A stretch of 64,000 nucleotides of DNA from Vulcanimicrobiota bacterium. GTDB lineage: Bacteria > Vulcanimicrobiota > Vulcanimicrobiia > Vulcanimicrobiales > Vulcanimicrobiaceae. Where the stretch lies: NCBI GenBank assembly GCA_963733295.1, contig CAVTCS010000003.1, positions 1,184,001-1,248,000 on the forward strand, given 5' to 3'. Numbering within the stretch: the stretch's first letter is position 1; each line of letters starts with the position of its first letter. The notes under the pieces were generated by a model. It did no database searches. It saw only the letters and a list, made by a program, of their open reading frames with translations, and was not told where the DNA came from. This document shows, one piece after another, positions 39,610 through 49,180 of the stretch. Both the position numbers and the translations under genes were made by a program.

Positions 39610-40932
39610 CTACGCCGGAGCGCTGGGAGTTGCTTCAGGCGGGGTGCCGGCGACCTGCGCGTTCCTGAGCAAGAAGTCGAGGGTCTTGCTGCGTACGATG
39701 CCGTCGACGACCGAGTGGAGATTCGGCCGGAGCATCTGCAGGATCGCCTCCCGGGATTGTCCGTATTGGCGCGCGAGCGACGCGACCTCGGCCTCGACAT
39801 CGCCGGGGGTCGCCTCGATCTTTTCGCGCTTGGCGATTTCCTCGAGCAGGAGGGTCGTCTTGACGAGGCGCTCGGCCTCGGTGTGATAGTCGGCTCGCAT
39901 TTGCTCGGGTGTCTTGCCCTGCTGTTCGAGATAGGCTTCCCAGGTTAAGCCCGCCCGCTCGATTCGCCCGCGCTCCTCGTTCCACAGATGCTCGGTTTCG
40001 CGTTCTACCATAACGACCGGAAGGGCGAAGTCGTGCGCCGATAGCAACTGGTCCACGAGTTGGGAGGTGCGGCGGCGCTGCGCATGGTTAAAGGCCTGGA
40101 GTTCGAGGCGACGGCGCATGTCGCTTCGCAACGCCTCCAGGGTCGCTTTCTCGCCGCCGAAGCGCTGTGCGAAAGCGTCGTCGAGTGCGGGAATTTCGGC
40201 CTTTTTGTTCTCGTGGACTTTCACGCTGAAAACGGGCTTCTTGCCGGCGAGCGCGGCGTTCGAATAGTCCTCGGGAAACGCGGCTTCCACTTGACGCTCT
40301 TCGCCCGCTTGCATGCCGACGATGCCCGCAACGAAGCCGGGAATGAAGCGATCCGCGATCAGCTCGACCGGCTGGTTTTCAGCCTTTCCGCCATCGAACG
40401 GCACGCCGTCGATCCGGCCCTCGTAATCCAGCGTCGGAACGTCGCCGGCCTCGACCGGGCGATCGACGGGAACCAGCGTCGCGGCTTCGCGCCGGAGCGC
40501 TTCTAAGGAACGCTCGAGGTCCTCATCCGTAACCGTGGCCGGCTGGGCATCGACCGCGAGCCCCTTGTACTCGGCGAGCTCGATCGGCGGCCGGACCGAA
40601 ACCGTCGCGCGCAGTCGCAGCGGCCGGCCTTCTTCCTCCGGCAGCAACTCCATTTGCGGCTCGTCGACGGGTTCGAGCGCGTTCTCTTTCAGAGCGCGCG
40701 GATAAGCATCGCGGACGACCCGATCCATGGCCCGTTCGGCAATTCCGTCGGTTCCGTACTGGGCTTCGAAGACTTTGCGCGGCGCCTTGCCCGGCCGAAA
40801 CCCGGGAATGCGAACGTTCTTCACGAGCTCGCGAAAGGCGCGCTCCCTTGCGGCGTCTAGCTCAGCTTCTGAGATCTCGATTTCAAGCTCGACTAGCGTC
40901 GGGTCGAGCTGTTTGACGGAGGCTGAGCTCAC
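39610..40932 (-). CDS. tig: Trigger factor
   Basis: IPGFRPGKAP, FDGG...FIPGF, FPEDY. Confidence 0.96.
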   Translation of the reverse strand: MSSASVKQLDPTLVELEIEISEAELDAARERAFRELVKNVRIPGFRPGKAPRKVFEAQYGTDGIAERAMDRVVRDAYPRALKENALEPVDEPQMELLPEEEGRPLRLRATVSVRPPIELAEYKGLAVDAQPATVTDEDLERSLEALRREAATLVPVDRPVEAGDVPTLDYEGRIDGVPFDGGKAENQPVELIADRFIPGFVAGIVGMQAGEERQVEAAFPEDYSNAALAGKKPVFSVKVHENKKAEIPALDDAFAQRFGGEKATLEALRSDMRRRLELQAFNHAQRRRTSQLVDQLLSAHDFALPVVMVERETEHLWNEERGRIERAGLTWEAYLEQQGKTPEQMRADYHTEAERLVKTTLLLEEIAKREKIEATPGDVEAEVASLARQYGQSREAILQMLRPNLHSVVDGIVRSKTLDFLLRNAQVAGTPPEATPSAPA

Positions 40933-40963
40933 GGTGCGCCGGGGACCTTTCTCGGAAAAGTCG

Positions 40964-41038
40964 TGGAGCGGAAGACGAGATTCGAACTCGCGACCCTCGC
41001 CTTGGCAAGGCGATGCTCTACCACTGAGCTACTTCCGC
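40964..41038 (-). tRNA. tRNA-Gly(GCC)
   Basis: GCGGAAGTAGCTCAGTGGTAGAGC...CTTGCCAAG...GTTCGAATC...TTCCGCTCCA. Confidence 0.96.
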
Positions 41039-41092
41039 GGGGGACCCGCGTTGGTTCGGCGCCGCCGGGCGGATTCTTCCAGCGTGCGCAAA

Positions 41093-41174
<82 letters not shown>

Positions 41175-41230
41175 CCGGAACTGCGGAATGATAGCGCGGG
41201 CGTGAGCTCCGGGTCAAGGCGCCGGCGCCT

Positions 41231-41419
41231 TTACCAGAGCGCCCCATCGCCGACGAGGAGGTAGAGGATCGGGCCGATGCCCCAAAGGAGGCCGACGAGC
41301 GCCCAGATCACTTTTTTCCCGTCGGACACATCGGTCCGTCCGAGCAAATTAAGCATCATGAGAATCCAAGCAATTGGATGCAAGATGATGGCGACGATGA
41401 TTTCAAGCAAGCGCTTCAT
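41231..41419 (-). CDS. Small two-TM protein (PLDc N-terminal-like)
   Basis: MKRLLEII...KKVIWALVGLLWGIGPILYLLVG; GGAGG upstream. Confidence 0.72.
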   Translation of the reverse strand: MKRLLEIIVAIILHPIAWILMMLNLLGRTDVSDGKKVIWALVGLLWGIGPILYLLVGDGALW

Positions 41420-41502
41420 GGAACGGCCGGCCTCCGCGTCCTGGGATAAGGAGGGGAAACGAAGCGAGCGCCCCGTGCGAGCGCCCGACTTCGGTGTTCG
41501 TG

Positions 41503-41574
41503 TGCACCGCGAGGGACTTGAACCCCCAACCAAGTGATTAAGAGTCACCTGCTCTACCATTGAGCTAGCGGTGC
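41503..41574 (-). tRNA. tRNA-Lys(CTT)
   Basis: GCACCGCTAGCTCAATGGTAGAGC-AGGTGACTCTTAATCACT-GGTTCAAGTCC-GCGGTGCA. Confidence 0.94.
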
Positions 41575-41735
41575 GGATATCCGAACCGGAAGCCGTGGGA
41601 TTCATCCTTTAATGACCGGCTCCTCGAAGTCCGCGTGCGAGCATACCACACGACCCTTAGCGAATTCAATCACGGGGTGCCGGCTCGCTCTTTATTGAAA
41701 GCGAGGGTCTCGGACCGCCACGAAAGGAACCCGCC

Positions 41736-42095
41736 TTGCTTCTCGCTCTTATCGCAGCGGTGATTCTGGCCGCTCAGACTCCTACGATCGGCAGCTACGG
41801 TCCCATCACAGTGACCAACTGCAGCTTGCACAACAACAACGGGCTCGTCGCCGCCAACAGCCTGGACATCAAGTACTTCAACAACACGGGTGACCGCACT
41901 ATCACCGCGGTTCACTTTCACGTTCGCTACCGGGGCGTCGTCGAGGAGTTCACCGATAGCGGGAGCTTCGGCCCGGGCGCCCACGTGCATCACACGTTCA
42001 ATAACTTTTACGGGCTCGGCTGGGCCGGAGCGTATCCGTCGACGTGCAGCGTCAAGTCCGTGACCTTCAGCAACGGGCAAGTCCACAAGATCTGA
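41736..42095 (+). CDS. Small secreted protein with Cys pair (paralog of 53312..53758)
   Basis: Signal peptide, AAGGA RBS, motif pattern shared with the 53312 protein. Confidence 0.75.
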   Translation: MLLALIAAVILAAQTPTIGSYGPITVTNCSLHNNNGLVAANSLDIKYFNNTGDRTITAVHFHVRYRGVVEEFTDSGSFGPGAHVHHTFNNFYGLGWAGAYPSTCSVKSVTFSNGQVHKI

Positions 42096-42099
42096 GCGC

Positions 42100-43134
42100 T
42101 TAAGGTGCGATTTTTCCGATCTTGTTCGCGAAATATTCGGTAAACCAGAGGTTGCCGTCGGGACCGGCTGTGATGCCTGTCGGAGCGGAGGACGACGTCG
42201 GGACCGGATAGACTGAAGCCGCTAAGTCCACCGGGCTGAGCTGCCCGATCGCGTTTGAGCCCTGCGCGGTAAACCAAAGGTTACCGTTGGGTCCGGTCAC
42301 GATGCCGCTCGGATCGGAGGCTCCGATTGCGTACTCGGTCGCGACGCCGGCGGTCGTGATCTTGCCGATCGCGCTCGTTCCCTCGTCCGCAAACCACAGG
42401 TTGCCGTCGGGACCCAGAGTAATGCCCTGCGGATTTGAACCCGGGAATGCGGAGAGCGAATATTGCGTCAGCGTTCCGCTCGTTGAAATCTTCCCGATGT
42501 TGGCGCCCGTGACGTTACCGCCCGTGACGACTAATTCCGTGAACCACAGGTTGCCGTCAGGCCCGGCGGCTATGCCGGCGGCGTCATTGCTTCCGATCGA
42601 ATAGTCAGTAACCGACCCGCTCGTCGTGACGTTTCCGACGGCGCCGTTTGCGGTAAACCAGATGTTGCCGTCCGGGCCCTTGGCGACCGAGGCGGGCCTC
42701 ACCGGTATCGCATATTCTGTGAACGTTCCGCCCGTCGTGACTTTGGCGACCTTGTTCGCGCCGTTTTCAGCGAACCAAAGGTTATTGTCCGGGCCCACGG
42801 CGATGCCGAGCGGAGCCGATGCGACGGTCGGAATCGAGTACTCGGTTAGGGCTCCGCTCGTTGTGATCTTGCCGATTTTGTTGCTGATCTCTGCGGTAAA
42901 CCAGAGATTTCCGTCAGGACCTGCGGTGATTCCCCACGGCATCGACTCTGCCGGCAAGGTGTATTCGGTCACCGGCCCCACCGACGGGGTTGAGGTCGGC
43001 CCGAATCCCGTCGGCGTGGCCGTTGGATGTCCCGACGGGGTCGAGTTGCTCGAACCCCCGCAGCCGGCAGCGCTAAGACCGAGAGCGAGCGATGCCAATG
43101 CGGGAACGATCAAACCGCGGATCTCAATGGGCAT
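42100..43134 (-). CDS. Vgb (virginiamycin B lyase)-like 7-bladed beta-propeller lipoprotein
   Basis: Lipobox AAGC, Ser/Thr/Pro linker, seven GPDGNLWF-type repeats. Confidence 0.88.
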   Translation of the reverse strand: MPIEIRGLIVPALASLALGLSAAGCGGSSNSTPSGHPTATPTGFGPTSTPSVGPVTEYTLPAESMPWGITAGPDGNLWFTAEISNKIGKITTSGALTEYSIPTVASAPLGIAVGPDNNLWFAENGANKVAKVTTGGTFTEYAIPVRPASVAKGPDGNIWFTANGAVGNVTTSGSVTDYSIGSNDAAGIAAGPDGNLWFTELVVTGGNVTGANIGKISTSGTLTQYSLSAFPGSNPQGITLGPDGNLWFADEGTSAIGKITTAGVATEYAIGASDPSGIVTGPNGNLWFTAQGSNAIGQLSPVDLAASVYPVPTSSSAPTGITAGPDGNLWFTEYFANKIGKIAP

Positions 43135-43171
43135 GTTTAACTGTTGCTTTTCCCGAACGCGCATCCCCTCG

Positions 43172-43240
43172 CGGGTTCGCTACATCAAGGGCGTAGGTCA
43201 CAACTTGCCGCAGGAAGCCCCGAGCGTCTTCGCGGACGCA
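43172..43240 (+). pseudogene. Relic of an alpha/beta hydrolase C-terminus
   Basis: RVRYIKGVGHNLPQEAPSVFADA resembles the catalytic-His end of epoxide-hydrolase-type enzymes; no upstream body. Confidence 0.55.
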
Positions 43241-43256
43241 CCGAGAGGGGGTTTGA

Positions 43257-44867
43257 GTGCGACGTCGGCATTTTCTGTTCGGTTCGCTCGCGGTCGGTAC
43301 CAGCGGATGCACGAGCATCTCGGCGGTTCGCGGCGGTGGCAACCGCTTTACGACACCCGGGACGTTACGCTTCTCGGACGGCGAAGATATCGGCGGTCTC
43401 AATCTCCACATCGTCCCGCAAGTCTCGGTTGGGCAACTCACTCAGCTGACCGGCGCATTTCTCATCCGCTTCGACGACGCCTCTCGGCCCTATCCCGACC
43501 TCTTGGAGCGAATTCCAAGCCTCGCGAACGGCGATATCAGTCGCGACGGACTATCGATCACGTTTCGCTTGCGACCCGGACTTGTATGGTCCGATGGTCA
43601 CCCGCTGCAATCCGACGATGTCGCCTTTTCGTTTGAAGCCGTCAACAATCCTAAGAACAACGAGTACTCGCGCTCGGGGTTCGACCAAATCGTGGACGTT
43701 GCGACACGTGACAAGACCACGACCACGATCAAACTCAAACGGCCGTACGGCTCGTTCTACGAGACGTATTTCTCGTCGGCGAATCTCCCCTTGCTTCCCA
43801 AACATCTACTGGGTAGTTTGCCGGACATCAACACGGCGCCGTACAACGCACTTCCAATCGGCAGCGGACCCTTCAAGTACGTCTCGTGGGCGCGCAACGT
43901 CTCGGTCGACATGGTCGCGAACGACCGCTACTTCCGCGGCCGGCCGAAGCTCAACCGGATCGTCTATAAAATCGTGCCGAACTGGAATACCGTCGAGACG
44001 CTGTTGCGCACGGGCGAACTCGATATAGCATGGCTCGTGCCGAGCAACCTCCTCGACCGGTTGGCAACCGCTCCCGGGTTCATGCATCTTAGCCAGCCCA
44101 GCGATCTGCGCACGCAGCTGCAGTTCAACACGTCGGCACCACCGCTTCGCGAGGCCGCGGTGCGCCAGGCCCTCCGTCTGGCGATCGATCGGGCCACGCT
44201 GCTGCGTAAGATCGAGCACGGCCACGGCTATTTGAGCGACTCCATCCTCGGGCCCCTCTGCGCGGAGGCGGTCCAAATCGCGCCCGAACCTCAGGATCCC
44301 AAGCGCGCGGCGGAACTGCTCGAAACAGCGGGTTGGCGTGCGGGCGCCGACGGTGTGCGCGCGAAGAACGGCGTTCGGCTCGAGGTGGACATTGCGACGA
44401 TCAGCGGCAGTCCAGAGCGCGACGCATGGGCGTTGCTCATTCAGAACTGGTGGAACGTTATCGGTGTCAAGGCGAACGTGAAGCACTATCCGCCGTCGGT
44501 GCTGTTTGGAGCATACTCGGCGAACGGGATCCAGACGCGCGGCAATTATACCGGCGCCATTAATCAACAGGGTTATGGATATAGCGGAACCGTGGAGGCG
44601 ATTTTTGCCTGCAATCAGTTTCCGCCGGCGGGCTTCAACACCGTCCGCTACTGTAATCCGCAGCTCGACCGTTTAATGGATCGCTTCGACGGCTCCTACG
44701 ATCCGGCCGTGCGAAAAACGACCCTCGCCGCGATCCAGCGCATCATCGCCGATGAGGTCCCCGTGATCACGCTGTTCTTTCCGTCCGACAACTTCGTCTA
44801 CAACGGCGATTTGCACAACTTCGCGCCCTTTGCGAACCTGGACTCCGCCTTCCACTGGACTATTTAG
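43257..44867 (+). CDS. Peptide/nickel ABC substrate-binding lipoprotein (SBP family 5), Tat signal
   Basis: MRRRHFL...SGC, FRLRPGLVWSDG, DVAFS, PIGSGPFK, VRQAL. Confidence 0.92.
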   Translation: MRRRHFLFGSLAVGTSGCTSISAVRGGGNRFTTPGTLRFSDGEDIGGLNLHIVPQVSVGQLTQLTGAFLIRFDDASRPYPDLLERIPSLANGDISRDGLSITFRLRPGLVWSDGHPLQSDDVAFSFEAVNNPKNNEYSRSGFDQIVDVATRDKTTTTIKLKRPYGSFYETYFSSANLPLLPKHLLGSLPDINTAPYNALPIGSGPFKYVSWARNVSVDMVANDRYFRGRPKLNRIVYKIVPNWNTVETLLRTGELDIAWLVPSNLLDRLATAPGFMHLSQPSDLRTQLQFNTSAPPLREAAVRQALRLAIDRATLLRKIEHGHGYLSDSILGPLCAEAVQIAPEPQDPKRAAELLETAGWRAGADGVRAKNGVRLEVDIATISGSPERDAWALLIQNWWNVIGVKANVKHYPPSVLFGAYSANGIQTRGNYTGAINQQGYGYSGTVEAIFACNQFPPAGFNTVRYCNPQLDRLMDRFDGSYDPAVRKTTLAAIQRIIADEVPVITLFFPSDNFVYNGDLHNFAPFANLDSAFHWTI

Positions 44868-45189
44868 GGCGGCACAACGTCGATTACCGCCGTGTGAACT
44901 CGGCGCGATACAAAAACGAGCCTCCGACCGGCAAACAGCTTAGGAGGCGTGGCGCGTAGTGCTTAACGGGGTCCACATCGGCACGCTTTCGGCTCTCATA
45001 CGTCAAGCGGCGGAGAACGCCTCAAGGTCTACATAATTCGCGGCGAGCCGGTGTTCCCTTACTTCGGGCTTCATTCCGCAAAATCCAGAAACTCAAACTT
45101 CCGCGCGACGTTGCGATTCTTTGCGTATTCCGTTTCGACCGTCGGCGTTCCGGTTATAACGCAGGGCAAACAAAGTGAGGATGGACTGA

Positions 45190-45423
45190 ATGAAAGAGCG
45201 CCCCGTAATCGTCGAAGAGCCCGTGATCGTCAAGCGTTCGAATATGACTGGACCGGCGGCAATCGCCGGAATCGTCGTAATAGTTGCCATCGTGGCTCTG
45301 TTCATATGGAAGCCTTGGAACACGTCGACGAGTACCACGGTCATCAACGAGCCCGCTACGGCCGCGAGTGACAGCGCGGGGGCGTCTGCTCCGGGAGCTG
45401 CGTCCAGCGGCTCGACACCCTAG
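45190..45423 (+). CDS. Small single-pass membrane protein
   Basis: TM AIAGIVVIVAIVALFIW followed by a Ser/Ala/Thr tail; GAGG/GGA upstream. Confidence 0.7.
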   Translation: MKERPVIVEEPVIVKRSNMTGPAAIAGIVVIVAIVALFIWKPWNTSTSTTVINEPATAASDSAGASAPGAASSGSTP

Positions 45424-45435
45424 AATGGTCGTGAG

Positions 45436-45648
45436 GTGATTCAGCAGCTCGATGTTCCGCTTCCGATGATTACCCCGAAGGGCCCGGGACTCGCGCACTT
45501 CATCATCGACTACGGGATCGAACACAACCTGATGTTCGTCATCTTCCTGCATGCGAATGGTGAATGCTGGACGTTCGACACGCGAAACGTCCGTATGGAA
45601 AAGAACGTGACGATCGGACGCGTTGAGGTCGGCAGTCTCAATCTCTGA
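45436..45648 (+). CDS. Small hypothetical protein
   Basis: TPKG...AHFIIDYG.EH...GECWT...KNVTIGR; protein-like sequence. Confidence 0.7.
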   Translation: MIQQLDVPLPMITPKGPGLAHFIIDYGIEHNLMFVIFLHANGECWTFDTRNVRMEKNVTIGRVEVGSLNL

Positions 45649-45704
45649 GGATCGCGTCAACCCACCTCAAGGCGCACTACACGAGCTTACGGAAATGGAA
45701 ACCA

Positions 45705-45977
45705 ATGAAATCAAAGGCAAGCAAGAAAACAAAACGGAGTCGAAAAGCGCCGACCCGGGCGAAAAGGGCGGCCACGAAAGTCGTGAAGCGCTCCACTACC
45801 GTCGTGAAAAAAGCTGCTCGCGGCGCGAAGAAGGCGGCCTCAACCGTGCGCAAGGTGAGCCACGCCGCAAAAGAGATCAGCGCGATCGTGGAAGCAGGTG
45901 CAATCGCCATCGAGAATGCGGCTGGCTCCGAGAAGGTTCCGCCGAAACGTCCAACCCGTCGAAAGAAGGTTCCGTAA
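45705..45977 (+). CDS. Basic Lys/Ala/Arg-rich histone H1-like protein
   Basis: KRAATKVVKR...KKAARGAKKAA composition. Confidence 0.55.
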   Translation: MKSKASKKTKRSRKAPTRAKRAATKVVKRSTTVVKKAARGAKKAASTVRKVSHAAKEISAIVEAGAIAIENAAGSEKVPPKRPTRRKKVP

Positions 45978-45999
45978 GACTGGGGGCGACGAAGAACGC

Positions 46000-46782
46000 T
46001 TAGACGGCTGCGCGATAATAAGCGCGAGCGCGGGATAGGATCTCGCTCGCATATGCCGTCCGGTACTTCTTCAGCCAGAGGATCGTGGCTTCAGCGCTAG
46101 AGATATCGCCCCACAATGGGTCGATTTCAGAGTCGACGGCGTGGGAAACTTCTTCGACCTTCTGTCCTAACACATCGGTGATCGCTCGCCCGAGTGCTGA
46201 CTCCATCACCGAAATGTTCCCGCCGGGCAACACTTGCGTGTGCGCGCACAGTAAATCGTGGACTCGGGCGACGTTGAACTCGTCCGCAAAGACGTCGACC
46301 GGATATCCGCAAAAAAGCTTGAACTCGTCCTGGCTCAACAAGAGATTCCAGAAATTCTCCAGCTGCACGGCTGCGTCGACCTGCCCGGCGGCCCACAGGA
46401 GTCCGACCATTTCACCGTAGGCGCGTAGAGCCGCACGCGGTTTCATGTGGCGTAATCCACGGATCGTGCCCCCAACGACTTGTTCGAAGCGGCGCCAATC
46501 AGGTCGTCCATCGCACATGAATTGATCGAGGGTTGCCTGGGCATCGAGAAATACCAACTTACGGGAGCGACTGTCGCGGTGCGGTCGCGACGTACGGAGG
46601 GCGCTCAAGATAGCGTCGGTGTGGCCGGGAGTGGCTATCACGAGCGCCGGTTCACCGCGCTCTAGCCCTTCGTCGATGAACGCGGCAACATTTTCGACCA
46701 GAACGCCCGGATCGGCGCCATAGAACTGGGCTAAGTGAGTTCCCTCGTGATCCAATGACGTGCGCCCGAGGTTGCCTAACAT
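46000..46782 (-). CDS. MEDS-domain protein
   Basis: HLAQFY, FIDEGLERGE...IAT, RAYGEMVGLLW, LENFWN, LFCGY; ATG at 46782. Confidence 0.85.
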   Translation of the reverse strand: MLGNLGRTSLDHEGTHLAQFYGADPGVLVENVAAFIDEGLERGEPALVIATPGHTDAILSALRTSRPHRDSRSRKLVFLDAQATLDQFMCDGRPDWRRFEQVVGGTIRGLRHMKPRAALRAYGEMVGLLWAAGQVDAAVQLENFWNLLLSQDEFKLFCGYPVDVFADEFNVARVHDLLCAHTQVLPGGNISVMESALGRAITDVLGQKVEEVSHAVDSEIDPLWGDISSAEATILWLKKYRTAYASEILSRARAYYRAAV

Positions 46783-46825
46783 ATCTGCCCTCCGCTCCTG
46801 CCCTCTTACCCCCCGGGTCCGAGAC

Positions 46826-48847
46826 TTAGCGTTGCGCTTCCTCGTTGCGGAGGACCTTCGCTCTGAGCGCATTGGCGAGGAGGCTCGTTTCCAACCGCCT
46901 GCGCGTCATGGCAGTCGTCGCCCGGACGCGAGTGCTTCCGAGCAGAACTGCCCGCGCGTGGCTCCCGCCGCTGCGTCTGCGTTCCACCGAGAACTCATCC
47001 GCGAACTTTTTGATCAAGAGCAGGCCGCGGCCGTGCTCGGGTATCGGATTGTTCGGAAGAGCCGGATGGAAGTCAAAACCTTCCCCGCTGTCTAGTACGT
47101 GGAGAACGGCTAGCGGACCCGAAACGTCGAGAATGACCTCGACTTGTCCCGGCGCATGTCGATACACGTTGCTCGTCAGCTCTCCGAACACGAGTTCGGC
47201 CGAGGACAAATCCGCTTGGTTCAATCCGGCTTCGCGTAGGCGAGCGACGTAGTCGTGACGCACGGCGGCGGCTCGGTCGGCGTCTTCCACATCGAAACTC
47301 CACCGGCTCGCACCACGTTCGCCGTCAATTTCCGTTAAAGGTTGACCGAACCACACGCCGAGCACCGCGATGTCGTCGTGCGCGGGACGCCCCTGCGAGA
47401 CGGCGCGGAAAACGTGCAACGCAATGTCGGCATCGTTCTGGACGGCGCAACGGACCGCCTCGAGTAAACGCCCGCTAGCGGTCTCGGGATCGCGCTCGAA
47501 TTCGCTTAATCCGTCTGTGTACGCCACGAGCAGCGCGCCTGGTTCGACGCTCGAGGATGCAGACTCGGCATACTCAGGCTGCCGCAATCCCAGTGGAAGA
47601 TTGGCGAGAAACAATTCCTCGACGCTGCCGTCGGCGTGACGGAGGAGGGGCGGCGGATGCCCGGCATTGGCGAACACGAACTCACCCGAGACGGGATCGA
47701 AGACCGCCACGAATGCCGTCACAAGGCGATCTTCTCCCATCGCGCGTACGATTCGGTCCACCGAGTCGAGCACCGCGGACGGATTGGGATTGATGACGGC
47801 TGCGGTACGGATGCTTTGCCGCACGCTGGCCATCGTAACGGCAGCGTCGAGGCCTTTGCCGGCGACGTCACCCACCGAAAGCACGACACGCCCGTCGGGC
47901 AGACGGAACGCATCGTACCAATCGCCGCCGACACTCGCTTCGGTCTGGGCGGCTTGATACACCGTGGAAAACCGCAAGCCCGGCACGTCGGGAACGTCCA
48001 CGTTGAGAGCCGCGCTCTGAAAAGTCGTCGCCACTCGGAGCTCGCGCGTATAGGCGTTCGCATTCGACAGTGCAGCGCCCAAACGTGATGCGAGCTCGGG
48101 TACCAGCGCGCGCAGCTGGTCTTGGATCGTGCAGCAGATGAGCCAACCGAACACGGTTTCACCAAACTCGACGGGTATTACGCTCAACTCGCGCGTGAGC
48201 AAGGTCGCACCCGAACCTTGCACGCGTTGTATGCGCGCTTCTTCCGCAGGATCGAGCGTCGAAGGATCGCCGGAGGCGGCTGCGCGGGTGAGCGCCCCGT
48301 CCGCATCGCGTAGTCGAACTTCGCAGTACGCAACCTCGCGGGGAGCGACGAAATCCGCCAGCGCGCGGGCGATTTCGAGCGGGTCGAGCGACGCGGAGAG
48401 CACCTGCGTGACCTCCGACAGGACCGCCAGGACGTGCTCGGCGTCCTTTTGATCGTGGATGTCCGTACACGAACCGTACCAACGTCCGATCGCACCGCTC
48501 TCGTCGCGCGCCGGATCGGCGAGCATCAGATACCAGCGGTGGGCTCCATCGTGACGTCGCAGCCGTGCCTCCGCTCGAAACGAGGTCCCAACGCCAAGGG
48601 CGGCGTGCCAGGATGACAGGGTAGCCGCTCGGTCGAGCGGGTGGACTAGCTGCTCCCAACTGCCCGCACCAAAAGAGCCAGCTGCGACGCCCGTGTATTC
48701 GGTGAAACGGCGGTTGCCGTAGTCGAGCGTCCCGTCGGCGGTTGCGCTCCACACGATGTGGGGAACCGCATCAACGAGCCCGTCGACGCGCCCGGCCGCG
48801 ATAGCCCGGTCGGGCAATTCCCGCTTTATCTTCGGCAAGAAGACCAC
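46826..48847 (-). CDS. PAS-(GAF)-SpoIIE PP2C phosphatase-RsbW-type HATPase fusion
   Basis: PAS (VHPLDR, RWYGSCTDIHD), VGGDWYD, GDVAGKG, ANAGHPPP, YTDGL, HDDIA; ELTSNVYRHA, DSGEG, HGRGLLLI. Confidence 0.9.
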   Translation of the reverse strand: MVFLPKIKRELPDRAIAAGRVDGLVDAVPHIVWSATADGTLDYGNRRFTEYTGVAAGSFGAGSWEQLVHPLDRAATLSSWHAALGVGTSFRAEARLRRHDGAHRWYLMLADPARDESGAIGRWYGSCTDIHDQKDAEHVLAVLSEVTQVLSASLDPLEIARALADFVAPREVAYCEVRLRDADGALTRAAASGDPSTLDPAEEARIQRVQGSGATLLTRELSVIPVEFGETVFGWLICCTIQDQLRALVPELASRLGAALSNANAYTRELRVATTFQSAALNVDVPDVPGLRFSTVYQAAQTEASVGGDWYDAFRLPDGRVVLSVGDVAGKGLDAAVTMASVRQSIRTAAVINPNPSAVLDSVDRIVRAMGEDRLVTAFVAVFDPVSGEFVFANAGHPPPLLRHADGSVEELFLANLPLGLRQPEYAESASSSVEPGALLVAYTDGLSEFERDPETASGRLLEAVRCAVQNDADIALHVFRAVSQGRPAHDDIAVLGVWFGQPLTEIDGERGASRWSFDVEDADRAAAVRHDYVARLREAGLNQADLSSAELVFGELTSNVYRHAPGQVEVILDVSGPLAVLHVLDSGEGFDFHPALPNNPIPEHGRGLLLIKKFADEFSVERRRSGGSHARAVLLGSTRVRATTAMTRRRLETSLLANALRAKVLRNEEAQR

Positions 48848-48925
48848 CGGAACGCCGCGTCACTCGACGGCTTAGCCAATAATAACCACGTTTTCGACTC
48901 CGAAATGATGCGCAGTGGCCTAAGC

Positions 48926-49002
48926 TGGTGCGTCCTCTGGGACTCGAACCCAGAACCAGCGGATTAAAAGTCCGATGCTCTAACCAATTGAGCTAAGGAC
49001 GC
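48926..49002 (-). tRNA. tRNA-Lys(TTT)
   Basis: GCGTCCTTAGCTCAATTGGTTAGAGC-ATCGGACTTTTAATCCG-GTTCGAGTCC-GGACGCACCA. Confidence 0.96.
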
Positions 49003-49180
49003 ATGACGGTTCTACGGACTGTTCGGTCGCTCTGCCAGTTATCTTGCCAGTTGCGGCCCGTCCTAAGCAGCCAGCGAAACGACCTGCGGTTCTGGGCCTT
49101 CGCGGTCTCCCTCTTTGTGGCTTTGCGACTCGATGCTCGCACGATTGTGGGCGGTCGAGACGCGCCCGTCGCGGACCGAT

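Noticed and set aside
42100..43000. Periodic nucleotide repeats (aaccacaggttgccgtc-like) as a CRISPR array
   Set aside because: Degenerate, in-frame, about 120-130 nt period; they encode GPDGNLWF propeller blades; no cas genes.
44900..45180. c-di-GMP-I riboswitch suggested by GGCAAAC and GCCTCC segments
   Set aside because: The segments are not in the expected order and no GNRA-capped P2 stem was found; a simple hairpin explains it.
41575..48925. Prophage or integrative element between the two tRNA-Lys genes
   Set aside because: No integrase, structural genes or duplicated tRNA 3' end seen; kept only as an accessory region.
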